Made by a program: the position numbers and the translations under genes
Notes under the pieces: generated by a model
Told to the model about the DNA's origin: nothing
What the model saw: only the letters and a program-made list of their open reading frames with translations
Databases searched by the model: none
Assembly: GCA_046563655.1 (NCBI GenBank)
Contig: CM102285.1
Span: 14,508,001-14,572,000 of the forward strand
Direction: 5' to 3'
DNA: 64,000 bases
Source of the DNA: Yuukianura sp. NJ FZ-2021
Taxonomy: Eukaryota
Shown: positions 36,360-49,910 of the stretch, piece by piece
Numbering within the stretch: position 1 is the stretch's first letter
Layout: every line of letters begins with the position of its first letter

Positions 36360-38997
36360 AATCATGAAATTCAGTGGGAGTAACTATCGTAGGCTTTCCC
36401 TAACTGAAATTTTGACTCATTCATTCGTCCTATGGTCCACGAGCTCATAAAACCCCAAGTTTAGTTTAACAAAAGAGGAGCTCACTAACAAAAATGCAAA
36501 ACTTACAAAATAATTAACCAAGAACTTAACTTTCTCGGGTGGGACGATTTTTGAGAAAATTTTGAGGACTGAAACTTTATGAATGCTGTAGAATTTTAAA
36601 TTTTTGGAAAAGCAATAGGACCGAAATTTAGTTTGCTAGAAAGTGGAGAATTTTGAATGATGAAAAGTTTCTTTTCGGGTCTGCAAATTTACTTAAAATT
36701 TGTACAAAATCGGTTTATTTTGACAAAACGACTCTCGATCCCCGTAAAAATGCATGCCATAATAGTAAAAAGCCAAGACAAGACATTTTCAGTTTTTAGT
36801 AAAGTGTAAATAATAGTTAAAATGTTTTATAAAAAGTGTGAAATTGTTAAAAACCTTGACTTTGACCTTCACTTGACCCCGAAAAGACTGGAAATTTCTT
36901 CCACACAAAAGTTCAGTCCAGTACACTTGACATAGTTTTTTGAGTTCAAGTGCACCGTTTTTTAGTAAGTAGTAACTCAAATTCGTCTAACTCGTGATTT
37001 ACTTTTAGAGTAAATTTTTTGTGACGTTTTAACGTAAAAATGCAGGGTTTAGTTTTTTTGGTCAAATCAAGACAATTTAGAAGGAAAAGTTAGGATGTGG
37101 ACGAACCGACGTTAATTAATCATGAAGTTGTAAAATTACAACTAATTAGTAATTGTTACAATTAATTAATTAGTAATTTGAGTAATTAAGAGCAGTTGAG
37201 TATAAGTGGAAGCGTGTTTTGGTAGTTGTGAAGTCTAATATCGTGTAAACCTCTTGTACAAACTCAACTGAGCATCACAATAACTAACTCTGAAAGTGTC
37301 AATTGCCCAGTTGACACTTCTGGAATAATTGTTGTCTATGATTTAGTGGACAACGCCTTTTCTATGTTTACTAAAACAGGACACAAAGTAAAAATTAATT
37401 CAATGTGGACAGTTAATGGAGTGATGAAGTGTGGATAATTGTTCTTTACTTGTTTAATTTTTTATTCCCTTGTTCCAGATAGATAAAAAGTGAGAATTCT
37501 GGACTTTCCGGGGATTTTCCATGATGTTGTTTGCTAAAATTTTCCGAAACTTTTTGTCATACAGGAAACTTTGAGTCATGTTTGTGCTAAAAGATAGACA
37601 CTCTTGTTCAGAAAGTTCTGGAAGATGTGACAGCATGTCAAAATTTGCAAACGAAAAGTTGTTTACATTTGTGTAAATTTTAGAGACAACAATGTAAACA
37701 TCGCGTTTTTGTCAACACATTTTGGCCAATAATGTCACCCGCGAGTTTTCTGAAATATTCAATTTTTGCCTCATTGGGCAATTTTGAATTTTGCGGAAAA
37801 TAGCGATTTTTGTTACTTGGGCACATTAAGGATAAAGTGATTTTTTTAAATAGTTTTAGAAATTTGTTTTTAGTTTTGAAATTCAATTTTGAAATTTGGT
37901 TTGGTTTTTGTTTTAGAAATGCGAAACGCAGGAAAACATCGACTGAATAGTAAAATTACAAGGGCGGGTGAAGTGACTTTGACTGGGGCAGCAACCCTTC
38001 CAAGCAATAAGTATCTACTTAATTAAATATTAATAATTTATGCAACAAATAATTGTTGAACGCACAATTAGTTCACATTGTAAAATAACATTAACGGTGA
38101 GCAATAATTGCACAAGTTGTAGCAATAATGTTGTTGTTGAATTTAAAGTTTTAGAAACTAAAAAGTTAATATTTGTTTTAGAGTTTTTGGAGACAAAAAA
38201 ACGCAGTTGTGTTTTTTGGGTTTTGACTTTGTTTAGTATGACTCAATTTCAATAAAAATTGGTTTTTGTGGATTGTATATATTTTTTTAGTTGTTTTTGT
38301 AAGGTAGTACTTGTTGCTTGGGTTGGTTTGCCCTGTACACTTGGTCACTTTTGCATATTTTTTTTTTGCATTTTAGTTTTAGTTTTAGTAATTCAATTGG
38401 TATTCTGCTGGGAACCTCACTTTAATTACAGTTCTTCCAAAGTAGTTGAGAATAAGTTCACCTGTTTCTTTGAATTTTGCATTTGAAATTGCAAATTGGA
38501 CTTGCTTCTCAAAATCTGCTCAATTTTGACCTTTTTTGCGAGCTGGGCGTGGTAAAATATTCATTCAAAGTTTTCAAGATGAATCAGTTTCATTTTGTGC
38601 GCAAAAAGTCATGCGGTCATTAATCCACGTCCTTTGAACACAGTAGAGGTCAAATACGAAGTTGACCTCTAAGTGCGAAGTTCAATACCGCGAAAATTAA
38701 AAATTGTGAGGGTGTGACGCTGAATCTGCGAGCGTCATTCTGCTGATGTCGCATTATTTATGTGTTTTTACACACGTAAGAAATGTTTTTTCAACAAAAA
38801 CGTCCAGTTGAACAAATATTTGGCTTCTGGGAAGCCTGCTGCGTGTCACGTTCCCATTCATCTCCCCCTGTGACGCTTGGAGGTCAAAGGTCACCTGTCA
38901 TGACCTCTTGTCATACATAACGTAAAAACAAACTAAACTTTCCTGTCTGGGTTTTTTGGGAAAGACTTTGGCCTTAATTCAGGAAGACGCGGAAAAA

Positions 38998-39148
38998 CAA
39001 GGTTCCCATTGCAACGAAATAGTTTTCCTTTAACAGGTTAGGCAATAAGTCCTGTTTTCGAAAAATCTCGTTTCAAATAATTTTTTTCCTCCAATTTTTC
39101 TCCAATTTCCAGTTGAAGAAAAAACTATTTTCTTGTTTAGAAACCTTG
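38998..39148. mobile_element. MITE, CAAGG-TIR family (subfamily B, short)
   Basis: caaggtt...aaccttg; internal similarity to the 5366 copy (gaaatagttttcctt..aacaggtt.ggcaataagtcctg); degenerate TSD cggaaaaa/ccgaaaac. Confidence 0.65.
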
Positions 39149-40581
39149 CCGAAAACGTCTTTTTAAAGAACGTTTTTGCAATTTTCTGAGAATTTTGGGG
39201 AAATCCGTATTTTGAAACATAATTTATTGCATTTTTCGAAATGGAACAAAATAAAATCTTCAGAATCCAAATTGAACCGCCAAAATTCGGATTCTGCAGA
39301 ATAATCCTTGGAAGATTTTTATCTTTTCGTAGTAAATATTCAAAATGCAAAAGGAAAAAAAACTTTTGTGTTGCGCTAGTCTTTTGTTATGCTAAAAATT
39401 CGACGCAGATTTTCTCAGAAATTGTCTTGCTGAGAACCTCAGATTTGATCACTTTTCGCAGGAATTCCGGTTGAATTTACATTTTTTCCAGTATACAAAA
39501 TTTGCAAAATTTCAAAGAAGAAAAAGTGTATAAAAATTCTTTGTGCTAAAAAAATTGTCATTTAGGAGCTTCGTTTTTTCATTTTTAAAAATTCCACTTG
39601 CAATTCCGTCTTGAGTGATTCTAATTTTGTCTTTCGTTGTTGAAATTTTATTTTCAAAATGTGTATTTTTGAATTTTAATTGGTTGACGTAAGGCAGTAA
39701 TTGATTGGTTGGGTACAGCAGGTGGTTGATTGCTACTTTCTGAAAGAAAAAAAATTGCACATTTTTTGTTTCATTTTTTTTGCAAAGTTAATCAAGTATA
39801 CTCCAACTTTGCATCATCTTTGTGCAAATATTCTTCAAAATTTAAGTCAATTGAACTTAAACTAGTCCGAATTGGGCAATTCACAAAAACTAAAACGTTT
39901 TTCTAACTTTTTTTTTATCTTTGTAGGATGTTTGCATGATTGATTGGCGTGTAAATTTGTGGGTCGTGTCATGCTACAAAAATTTTGCATGACTTTTTGG
40001 CCAAAATGAATTAGGATTTGGAGCAATTACTCATCTCAAAAAGTGAAGCACTTTGATAAAATTGTGGATAAGAAGTGACAATAGGCCTAAAAACTACGTT
40101 TTATGTTAAATTCTATGACAAGAGAAGTTGTTAGTACGCAAAACGACACAGGATGTACAGCACCAATTGAGTTTTTGGCAAAGTTCACATTAAGTTTTAC
40201 TTTGAGAGTTTTTTTATGCTTTTTTTTTCTTGAGACGGGTATAAAATTGGAGTGCGTCTTCCAGTCACCAGTCAGTTCACACTTTGAGCTTCAACAGAAA
40301 CCAACTAACTAAAAGAGCATCAAAATTTCGAAATTTGATCCAAATTTTGAATTTCCGGAGGAAAAAGATTCTCGTCTTACACCTGAAAAGGACCAAGGGC
40401 TCCCACAAAACAAGACAAAAATCTCGAGTCTTGAAATCCAAGAACCCTTAAGGCCTAAACGACAAATTTTGAACAAGACGCCGCACCGAACACTTCAAGC
40501 AGCCTTTGTTTCTGCGACTTTTTTGAAAATTCAAAAAAAATCATTCTCTTATTAAAAAACTACTTTCAAAAGTAAGAAAAA

Positions 40582-41745
40582 ATGGCCAAGTCAAGTACTC
40601 AAGCCAAAATGACGTCACTTTTACTTTTTGTCGTCGTCGTAATTTCACACGCCCAAGCAGCGTCGCTGATTCAGAAGGTAAAAACTACATTTTAAAAAAA
40701 TCGAAATTTCAAAAAAAAGTAGAACAGAAGTTGATCATTAGCTTATGTTTTTTTTAAATTGTCTCGCCCACTACATCCGCATCCGTGAGTTAATGTGCTC
40801 ATTAAGACCAAAGTGAAAGTAAAAACAATCTTTTTGCTTTCTCTTTATTGCTCAAATCTGCTAAAAACTGTTTTTTTTTCGAGGATAATCTAACGAAATT
40901 TTTGTAAAAATTTGTTTACTGATGGTGAGAGATTTACGCAGTTTCTTAAAACGTATTTTTGAAAGGTCAAGTGCCACACCTTTTTGGTTTTAAGATGAAT
41001 GGAATTTGTTCTTCATTTAAGAAGAAATGATGAGATGCGAAATCTGTGAAAACAAGATCATCCCTTGTGACACTTTTCACACCCTAAACGTCAAACGTCA
41101 ACAAGCCGTCAACTTGACGCAATCTTAATCCCAAGACGTATGACGTACATCGGAAAGTTTTGTTGTTGCGATTAAATGAATCGCCACTCCCAAAATCCCG
41201 AAACGAAATTTTGATTTATGATAAAAACGATTCGCTAACTTTTTAGTGAAAATGACGCAACTCTCCAGCGGTGATAGTCCCGTGACAATTTTGCCACAAC
41301 GTTAACTTATGACGTAACTTTTAGTTTAAAAAAATGTTTTGCGTTTCTAAAATTTTGGAATTTTGAATTTGGCTTTGCAGAGATCGGTAGGTCAAAGTCC
41401 AGCTTCACCAGTCGAGACTTGTATGAACGACAGTCCTTGTGGATGGGAAGTCTATCATCCGACGACACGCAATCATGCGTACTACGTTACCAGTTCGTAA
41501 GTTTCAAAATCAAAATTTCGAAAAAGCTATTTAAATTCAAAATTTGAAGATTTGAAAGTTTTACATCGGAAATTTTGTTTCGTTTCAGATGCGTTTGCCC
41601 TGCTGGGGAGAAGTGTGTGATGGCTTCTGATGACCTGGCCATCGCTGCTTACGTTTACACTTGCCGTGTTCTTCCACCTAGAAGAACAAAATCACGCAAT
41701 CGCACTGTTCAAGGTCAAGGGTCACCGGTGACCCCTGCACTATAA
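40582..41745 (+). CDS. Small secreted 6-Cys peptide precursor (~122 aa), absent from the ORF track
   Basis: Exons 40582-40677, 41381-41496, 41589-41745: MAKSSTQAKMTSLLLFVVVVISHAQAASLIQK|RSVGQSPASPVETCMNDSPCGWEVYHPTTRNHAYYVTSS|CVCPAGEKCVMASDDLAIAAYVYTCRVLPPRRTKSR...PAL*; canonical splice sites. Confidence 0.82.
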
Positions 41746-42160
41746 CGCTATAATTGTTAACTTTTTAAGTCTTAATGGACTAAAACACTATGTAGTTTTT
41801 TAGTAACGGAGTTGTAGAAATTTACATCGAAATTTTAACTTTTAGGTTAAGGTTCTAGGGGAGTTGCTGTTAAGTTAAAAGTTTTAACTTATAAGGTAAC
41901 TTTTATTTTAACTTTTCACTTCTATTTTTATCACTTTTATAACTCTATTGTCAACTAAGTTTTTAGTTTAGTTTGAATTTGGCCTAACTTTTCTCAGGAT
42001 TTTTTGGGCTCTTTGTTATACCGGTTACAACTGTGGTCTCATTTTTCTACTGCTTAAGTTTACACATGACCTCTGACCTCTACTTTTTAACATAAATACA
42101 ATGTAAACATACTAAAAAGTTAACTAATTAATTTTAGTTAATTAATAAATTTAATTATAA

Positions 42161-45100
42161 TTAGTTTTGTTCCTCTAAACTCATTTTAAACTGTTTGCAT
42201 AAGCAAACACTGCGAATCCATCCGACCATTTGCATTTCATATGAAAGACAAGAGCTTTGCTTTCCGTATTTATTCTTCCGTTCAACGTCTCCGATCAATT
42301 CAAATTTCAAATTCCCGCCATTTTCAAATATGGAATTCCCGCCATTTTGACTTGTTTTGAATTTGTAACTTACGATGGCTTGGAACTCGGCTTTGTTTGG
42401 CATTGTACCGAAAGAAATCCTGAGAAAGTCGTTTCCGAATGTATCCGACGTTTTCTCGGCTCCGGTAACTTCGGTAAGTTTCAACGGTACGCAGTCGGGA
42501 TAAGATTGAAGATGCTGATTGATGTAGTCAACGGTAAACTTGGCAGCATTCTGGACAGTACGATCTGATTCGAAGTCCTTCATACCGATCCAGTACCAGC
42601 ACAAGCAGTACTGTTTCGGTACCAAAGCGTCGGTACAACTCCGGTTCAGCGGTATCGGTTTGAAGAGGCTGATTCCTTCTCCGGAAAACTCGGTCGGTCC
42701 GGCAGAGTTTTCCGGCGAAAATTCTTCAGAATCGGGACCTACCGGTTCGTATACCGGTTCGGATACCGATCTGAGATGTCGGTTAGTTACGGAAGATAAG
42801 TCGAGAATACTGAGGAATGTTTGGTGAATGTCGTATGGAGTCACGAGACCGTTTGAATTTCGTTTCATATTCGAAACCGCCGCGGTATATTTTTCTCTGA
42901 ACCGTTTCGGAAGAACGACATACAGAAACGGTTTGTTGGCTTCGACCTGTTTCAAAATCCGAAAAATTTGAAAAAATCTTAACTTTTTTGAATTTTTTTT
43001 TTTTGAAAAATTTTTACCTTTCCCTCTGCAGTAATGGCATATCGTGCTGACACCATTCCGTGGTCGGACAGTAGCATAAAAATTGTGTCTTCAAACAACT
43101 TTTCCTTTGTCATAGTTTTCATCATTTTCAAAAGTGGCGCGTCCAGAATCTGAGACATTCCGATCAGCTGATGTGACTCCAGCACTGACCAAGCGAAATG
43201 AAAATACGGTTTTTTGCGAAGTTTTCTAGCGACTTGCAGAATGCGATCGCTCAAAATGTCGAAAGCCCATTGGTGCTCGAAACAGCCGTATTCTTCAAGT
43301 GCTGATGGAGCCGTGCGCTGAACGCCCTGCGCAAAATCCAAATTACTGTAAGTCGTATTGGCTTGACCACGCCCATTTCGCTTCATCTTTTCGTTCACTA
43401 GGGTCCAGTGCTCTTCGACAGACTAAAAAAAACACAAATCACAAGGATTCTCAACATTTATCTTAGGATTAGTCACCCCAAGGATTGCTGACTTTTAATT
43501 TTCTTTACCAGGTTGGGTGTTGTTTTTTTTTTTTGCAAAAAAGAAGTATCTTTTCATTTCCGGGCATCGCAGCAGGCATAAAAATAGAGCTAATTTTTTT
43601 AAATTAAAAATTTAAATGCTGCATACGAATTGGTACCAATTTTTTGGATTTTTTTTGTTTTCGTCTTTATGTCAACAAGCGAGATAGTACCCAACCTGTT
43701 AACGAAAAAACTTTTCGTTGTCAAGGAACCTTGAGTCACCCTTGCATTAAAATTAGGCGGAGATTAGGTTAGTTAGGCTAACCTGGACAGTTCTGTATCC
43801 GATGTCTGAAAATCTTTCCCAGATTTGAGTACAATCTTCATTCGGTCCAGGAAAAATCGTTTCTCGGATTGAATGATAACCGCAATTCGATATCATCGGA
43901 ATCACATTTTCTGTTGTTCCGAGTCCGACTTTGTTCATTCCCGAAAATTCAATGCCGCCAAGATCTTTCAAAATGAAATTTCGACTTTTGGGGAGAAATC
44001 TTTGAAAATTTGTGAACGAAACAGTGTCAAGTCCAAGCACAAGAACGCTTGGATGGTAGTCTGAAGTTTTGTGAAGTTTTTCATCTAGCTCCCTCTCCAG
44101 TGTTTTGTTGAGTCGAAAAAAGTGAAAGTAGTCTCGGTAGGTGAGGTTTGCAGAAGAATCGAAACAGAGGACTTGGATGTTGGCAAAAACACTGGGAATT
44201 GTAGTTGCATCTTCTATGATATCGATACATTCTGTCAAACTACAAATAAAAATTTTGAAAAAGTCAGACTTTTGTTTTTAAACCGAATTAGATTAGATTT
44301 TGATTTTAAAAGAATTACTTTTTGTATTTTTGGAGTTTTTTGAATCCGATTCCGACGAAAGGAACGTAGCAGCAGTTGCTGGCTTTCCAAAAATCGTCGG
44401 TTGGATTTTTTCGAAATAATTTTGTGTTTTGATCAGTAATGAATTTTTGGGTTGGAGTGGACAAGCAGTGTGGCGTTTGTACTCGTTCGAGATCTTCTTT
44501 GATCATGCTCAGTGCTTTGGCTTCATATGGGTAAATGTAAGGACTTTTGCATGTACGGTTGCGCTCTAACTCATCTTCAACTACGGCATAGAAACTTCCT
44601 TAAAAAAATTATAAAAAAAAAATTGAAAAAAACGGAATTTTTTGATAAAATGAAAAGGGAATTAAATTAATTTTTAGGAAATGTGCAAAGCTCGAGTGTA
44701 TTTTTTTAACTTTTTTCGATTTTAAAAAAAAGAGAAAGTTTTCTCTTAAGTTTTTTTTTTTTTGCTTTCTTTTCTCAGTTTTTTTTTTAATTCTTACGAT
44801 TTGGCAGAATTTTGGGCACGACCATTTGAATTTGTCCGGGAAGAAGCTTTTCTCGTTCTTCATCTTGGATTTCTTCCACAATTTTAGGCTTGAACACTAA
44901 TTTCTGCACGGGCTGAACTTTTTGTGGTATCATTTTACCAGTATCTGGAGGTGCTAATTTGTCTAATCGCTGATTTTCCAGAGAAGAGTCGCTGATTGGA
45001 TGTTCTCGATTTGCCAAAACGTCGCTGATTGCCTGCGGCTTCTGATTGGTTGAAAAGATGATTGGAAGCTTGGGATTGGTAGAAATGTGGCTATAAAAAT

Positions 45101-45203
45101 ACATGTACGAAATTAGTCCAATCAAACTCACACAAGAAATCCCAAGGATCCGATTGGTTGAACAAATCCGAAAAGAAGACATTGTACTACTTGTACTAAA
45201 CAT
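42161..45203 (-). CDS. DUF229 family protein (alkaline phosphatase/sulfatase-like fold), type II membrane, ~777 aa
   Basis: Exons 45203-44798, 44598-44319, 44239-43783, 43422-43018, 42946-42161 total 2334 nt in frame. PSVLVLGLDTVS..NFQRFLPKS; GMNKVG..T.EN; LSDHG; PFLYVVLP; LVTPYDIHQT; GISLF.PIP.NRSC..A.VP..YCLC. Confidence 0.88.
43479..43733 (+). mobile_element. MITE, CAAGG-TIR family (subfamily A), in a DUF229 intron
   Basis: caagg...aaccttg; perfect 8-bp TSD agtcaccc. Confidence 0.88.
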
Positions 45204-45517
45204 TTTCAAACGGTTAACTTAACTGTCAATTAACAATTTAACTAACTAAAAAGTTTAACTAACTTAGCATAACCTAGACTAATTTATTCCTAACACAAAC
45301 GTTAATTAAATTCTGCATCTAAACCTAAAATTCAAATGTTTTTAACCTTCGCTGTGAGAAAACAACAATTGACAGTTTAGAATAAACAGTAATTAACTAA
45401 ATACAATTGGTAATTAAATTTTTACAATAGCTTAACTTATGTTACACTCACGTTTTCACAAAAGCTTTGTCGCATTTTGAACCTTGGACAACTTTTCTAA
45501 CTTAAATTAACTACCGC

Positions 45518-45798
45518 CAAGGTTTGTTGACTGTAATTTTCTTTAACAGGTTGACTAATACCTCATGTTTTTTTCGATTTTGCAAAAAAAAAAAAGTGTT
45601 TTTCATTTCATGGTATCGTACTCATAACAATAACATCCGAATTTTTTAAATTTTACATAAGAATTGGTACCATTTTTTTGGATTAATAGCAAAAATTGGT
45701 GCCAATTTTTTTTTGTCTTTGTTTACCTTGTTTTGTCACCAAGCAAGGTAGTACTCAACCTGTTAAAGAACTTCATTTTTCGTTGTCAAGGAACCTTG
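45518..45798 (+). mobile_element. MITE, CAAGG-TIR family (subfamily A)
   Basis: caaggtt...aaccttg; perfect 8-bp TSD actaccgc. Confidence 0.9.
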
Positions 45799-47984
45799 AC
45801 TACCGCATTTTCCTTATGTTTAAAGTTAATTAACTGCTCAGGCGCAGGAAGTTGCACGTTGCAGGTAGAACGTGAAGGTAAGAATTCTGCAGCATTTTGT
45901 TGTAAATGTGGTGCTACGTGTGTGGTGTAGAAGGGCGTGCTTTTAGTTCGGAGAAAGCACAGTCAAAACGTAGGTTCTTCTCCAGGAGTCTCTTCATTTC
46001 CGTAGACGACACACGACAGGACAGTCGGCACGAGTTTCTCACGATTTTCTGGTTCGCTCTCCCACGATTTTCACACGATTTTCACCTTTCTTTGTGAGTT
46101 CCACTTTGAAAAAAAAGTTACTTTTTCCAAAGTTTTACTTGAACTTGAACAAAAACCGTCGGTTTGTGGAAAAAGAAAGAAAAAGTCTGAACTTTCTGAA
46201 GTTTCAGTGTATTAGTCACCCTGTCTCTCTCTGTTGACTTTCTCCGTCCTAAATTATTCAGAGTCATTAGAAGGAGGGAAAAGCAATTATCTTAAAAAGG
46301 CACTTCGTTGATCTCCCTTCAAGGTAAGTAATGTTCCATGTTCTTAAGCTATTAACTAAATAACCTAACTTTAACCTAACAAACCTAATCTTCAAAATAG
46401 AAGCTTTAATCCTGTTTCAACAGTTTCATCTCTGTCGTCTCTAAGCTAGTTACTCCTTGTTCCAGTCTACGCTCCAGAAATGGAACTTTTCCACACAAAA
46501 ATTTCTCGTGTGCCAAGTGTGTTTGATGTCTTGAGGTTTTTTACATTAGGTTAAGTACATAACCTACCCTTAACCTTAGGATGTTAGGTTGAGCTTAATG
46601 TATTTGAAAGTGTTGTCGATCCTTAACCTAACATTTCTGAAGAGACTGTTTTCTCTTCTCCTTGTGCTTTCTCGCTACTGCAGTAAGTAGAGGTGGCTTT
46701 GATCTCAAGTCGCTTTTTTCCAAAAAGTAAAAAAAAGTATTTTTTCAAAATGTGACAAAAATTTCCAAAAAATTGAAGCTTGATGTTGGTCGACTTTTCG
46801 CAAAATGTGCTTTTCCTAGCTCGTTCTCACTCACTTTCACTTGAATGTCTTTTTTATGTAAGTTACTTTTGTGCCAAACCATATTTCATTCTGTTCACTG
46901 TTCACTTTTTACGTGCTCGCTCACGTATGTTCCACAATTCACGTACAGTACGTTTTTACGCATTTACGTGTTCACTGTTATGCTGTAGAAATGTGTTGGA
47001 CTTGATTGAAATATAGAAAAAAAATTCTGTTTAGCATAATTTGCTCCGTTTCTCACCTTTGCAAGAAATTTAAATTGGCATTTGAGATGATATGGTGCTC
47101 CCTGGCAGGTCAAAATTAGTTTCTTCCCTTGATCTGCGTGATCTGCTTGACCTGCTGACCTGCGTGACCTGCGTGACATCAGATGGAAGAGGCATTGACC
47201 TGCACTGCAGTTCCGCCGCCCACTCAGCCCGGCTTCACACCTTCTTCTACAGGAGACAAAGAGCCGGTAGGACTAACGCATGTCCATGAATCACAATTTA
47301 TAGTTACTCCCTCCGTTTTAAGGTTTATGATTGCACGATTATTTATGAACCACTTCCTTGTTCCTTAGTAAAAGATGCATGTCAAAAGGTCATAAAGTGA
47401 TTCACTTTCACTTTAACAAAAGATAATGGATCACAATCTCATAACTTTCTACACCTAGACAGTAGCTTTCCAAAATAATCCAATCTCCACTTTCACTTTT
47501 AAAACACAATTTTCATAAAAAAAAGGAAAAAGAGAAAAGAAAGTAGAGAAAGCACTTTTAAAAAAAAAGTAAAAAGAAGCCTCTTCATCCCAAAATTTGC
47601 AGGGGGTAGCACTAAACCTCTGAAAAGTTCGATTCTAATAATGCAATTTGAATAAATCGAAAACAGTTAACGTTTCTCTGTTTCAAAAAAAAACATGTCC
47701 AGAATATCATTTTCCACATACACATCTCTCGAAATTGCTTTTTTGAAAGGATTTTTTTTCGGATAGGAAATTTCAAGAAATTCGAAATCGATAAAAAGCC
47801 ACATTTTGTGGTGCAACAAGAGAAAGGACTGGAGTGAAAACAAAGTAAAATGAAATTGACTAATGGCGGAAATTTCCGACTGGAATAATAGGATTAGTCA
47901 CACACACCAAGAGACCCATTGTCCATAATGTATTGTTCTCTGTAGGGTCTGACTATTCCTCAGAATCATGTCAAAATGTAGGGA

Positions 47985-48051
47985 TTAGGTTACTAACCTA
48001 ATCGTTAGGTTACTAACCTAATCGTTAGGTTACTAACCTAATCGTTAGGTT
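47985..48051. repeat. 20-bp tandem repeat (~3 copies) containing TTAGG/CCTAA
   Basis: (ttaggttactaacctaatcg)3. Confidence 0.85.
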
Positions 48052-48798
48052 TAGATGTTGAGGTGTCAAAATAAGAACATTAGGTTGGTCACCTGAGGAA
48101 GGAAGTGAAATTAAGGTCATGTCAAGACCATCAAAAGTAATTTAATTCCTCTTTGTCACTGATTTCCCTCAGGTGACATTTGACCTCACTTTCGTAACTT
48201 AATTGGATTCTGTTTTACTCAAGCTAAAAGTCCCTTGGAGCCAACTATTTCAAAATTTTGAAAAACTGAAAATTCGGGGAAAACAGAATTCAGAAAAGTC
48301 GGAATTTGAAAAGTGGTAGTGGCTGCGGGGGCTTTCAGAAGTAAAGAGTCAAATGGAAAACGGAAACGCGTGTTTACACTTTCAAAACACAAAACAAACT
48401 TGGGTTTGGTCATGTGCAGGAGAAAAAAAAACTTTTCAGGGGTTTTTGTTTTTGAAAATTGAATTTCGAATTTGAACATGTTCAAATTCCACTTCATGCC
48501 TTTGAAGATCCAGGCTCTAAAAAGTTCTGGGAAAACTCCGAATTTCGGATATTTCTGGGTTTTATTGGCTCCCGGGTCACACCGATATGAATTTTTGTTG
48601 ACGTAAAACGAGCCTCCTTGAAATTGATTTTGTCATCCTAGACTCAGCACTTTGCACTTTTGAAATTATTGCTTTTTAAAACCAGAAATTTTGAATTATG
48701 TATTTTTCTTTTCCAAAAGGAAAGCTGGAAATTTTTGAGAAATTAAGAAAAAATTATTCGAAGTGACAGTTTTGTCAATTCCCTCAGCGGGCGGGGAG

Positions 48799-49045
48799 CA
48801 AGGTTTGTTGACTTTGATTTTCTTTAACAAGTTGCGGAATACCTCATGCTTTTTCTATTTTGCAAATTTCCATTTCAGGCCATTGTAGTCATAACAATAC
48901 AGCCAATTTTTTAAATTTTACATACGAAATGGTACCAATAATTGTTGGGATTAATGCCAATATTAATACCATTTTTTTTGTCAACAAACAAGGTATTACG
49001 CAACCTGTTAAAGAAAAATTAACTTTTCGTAGTCAAGGAACCTTG
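48799..49045 (+). mobile_element. MITE, CAAGG-TIR family (subfamily A)
   Basis: Same internal sequence as 45518/58193; flanks ggcggggag/ggtggggag. Confidence 0.85.
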
Positions 49046-49611
49046 GGTGGGGAGGGATGAGAGTTTAAAAAACACGCTTGAAACGTGACACTTGAAACCT
49101 GAGAATCTTTGACATATGTCATTTGAATTTTTTAAACACATTTTTTTTTGAAAAAGAAGATTTTTTGAAAAGTTTTACGAGAAATGTGATACGTTCTCCG
49201 AATGGTTTCTGGAAGCGGAAAAGGAAAAAGTTCTTTCTTTGTTAAGGGCCGCTTTTAGACTTTTCCTGGAACAGTTCCGCCGGAGCTTCCTTGTCGTTTC
49301 GCGGGAAGTAGTTTTTTTTCCTTTTTCAAAAAAATTAGTTTTTTTTGAAAACCCCTGCTACAGCTCTGGTTTCTAAGAAACTCCTGGGAAGGAAGAGGAT
49401 ATGGTAGAAATCTGTTGGAGAGAGATAATGAGATTAGCTGGGGAAAGTGCATTATGAACTTTCTCTCTTCTGTTCTAATCCAACAACGAAATTATGATGG
49501 TCGAACAGACGCTACAACACAGAGTAGAGCACTCTCCGGATATTTGTGCTTCATTTGTCATAGTTTTAGTGCCACTTGAGCAAAAACGTGTCAAATCTAC
49601 ACTGGAGCTCG

Positions 49612-49910
49612 AAATTGATTGGCTAAGCGGTCAAACACTTCTGATTGGCTAGCCACCAGGCTCATCTAATTGGCTAACCCGGTTCAACAAACTTCATTTC
49701 ACTCATTCAGCAAGTCGGCTAACACTCAACTTAATTCTGTATTCTCATCTGATTGGTCAACAACTCCAGCACTCTCTTCTGATTGGTGGACTATTCTAGC
49801 TATCTCATCTGATTGGTCACTCTTCAACTACTCCAGCGATCTCGTAGAATCAATTACTCTTGCTATGTCCTCTGATTGGTCAGCTTTTTCGTCATTCTGA
49901 TTGGCTGATT
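49612..49910. repeat. Degenerate repeat of (t)ctgattgg(t/c) motifs
   Basis: About 8-9 gattgg (CCAAT-like) cores, several with ~30-bp spacing. Confidence 0.6.
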
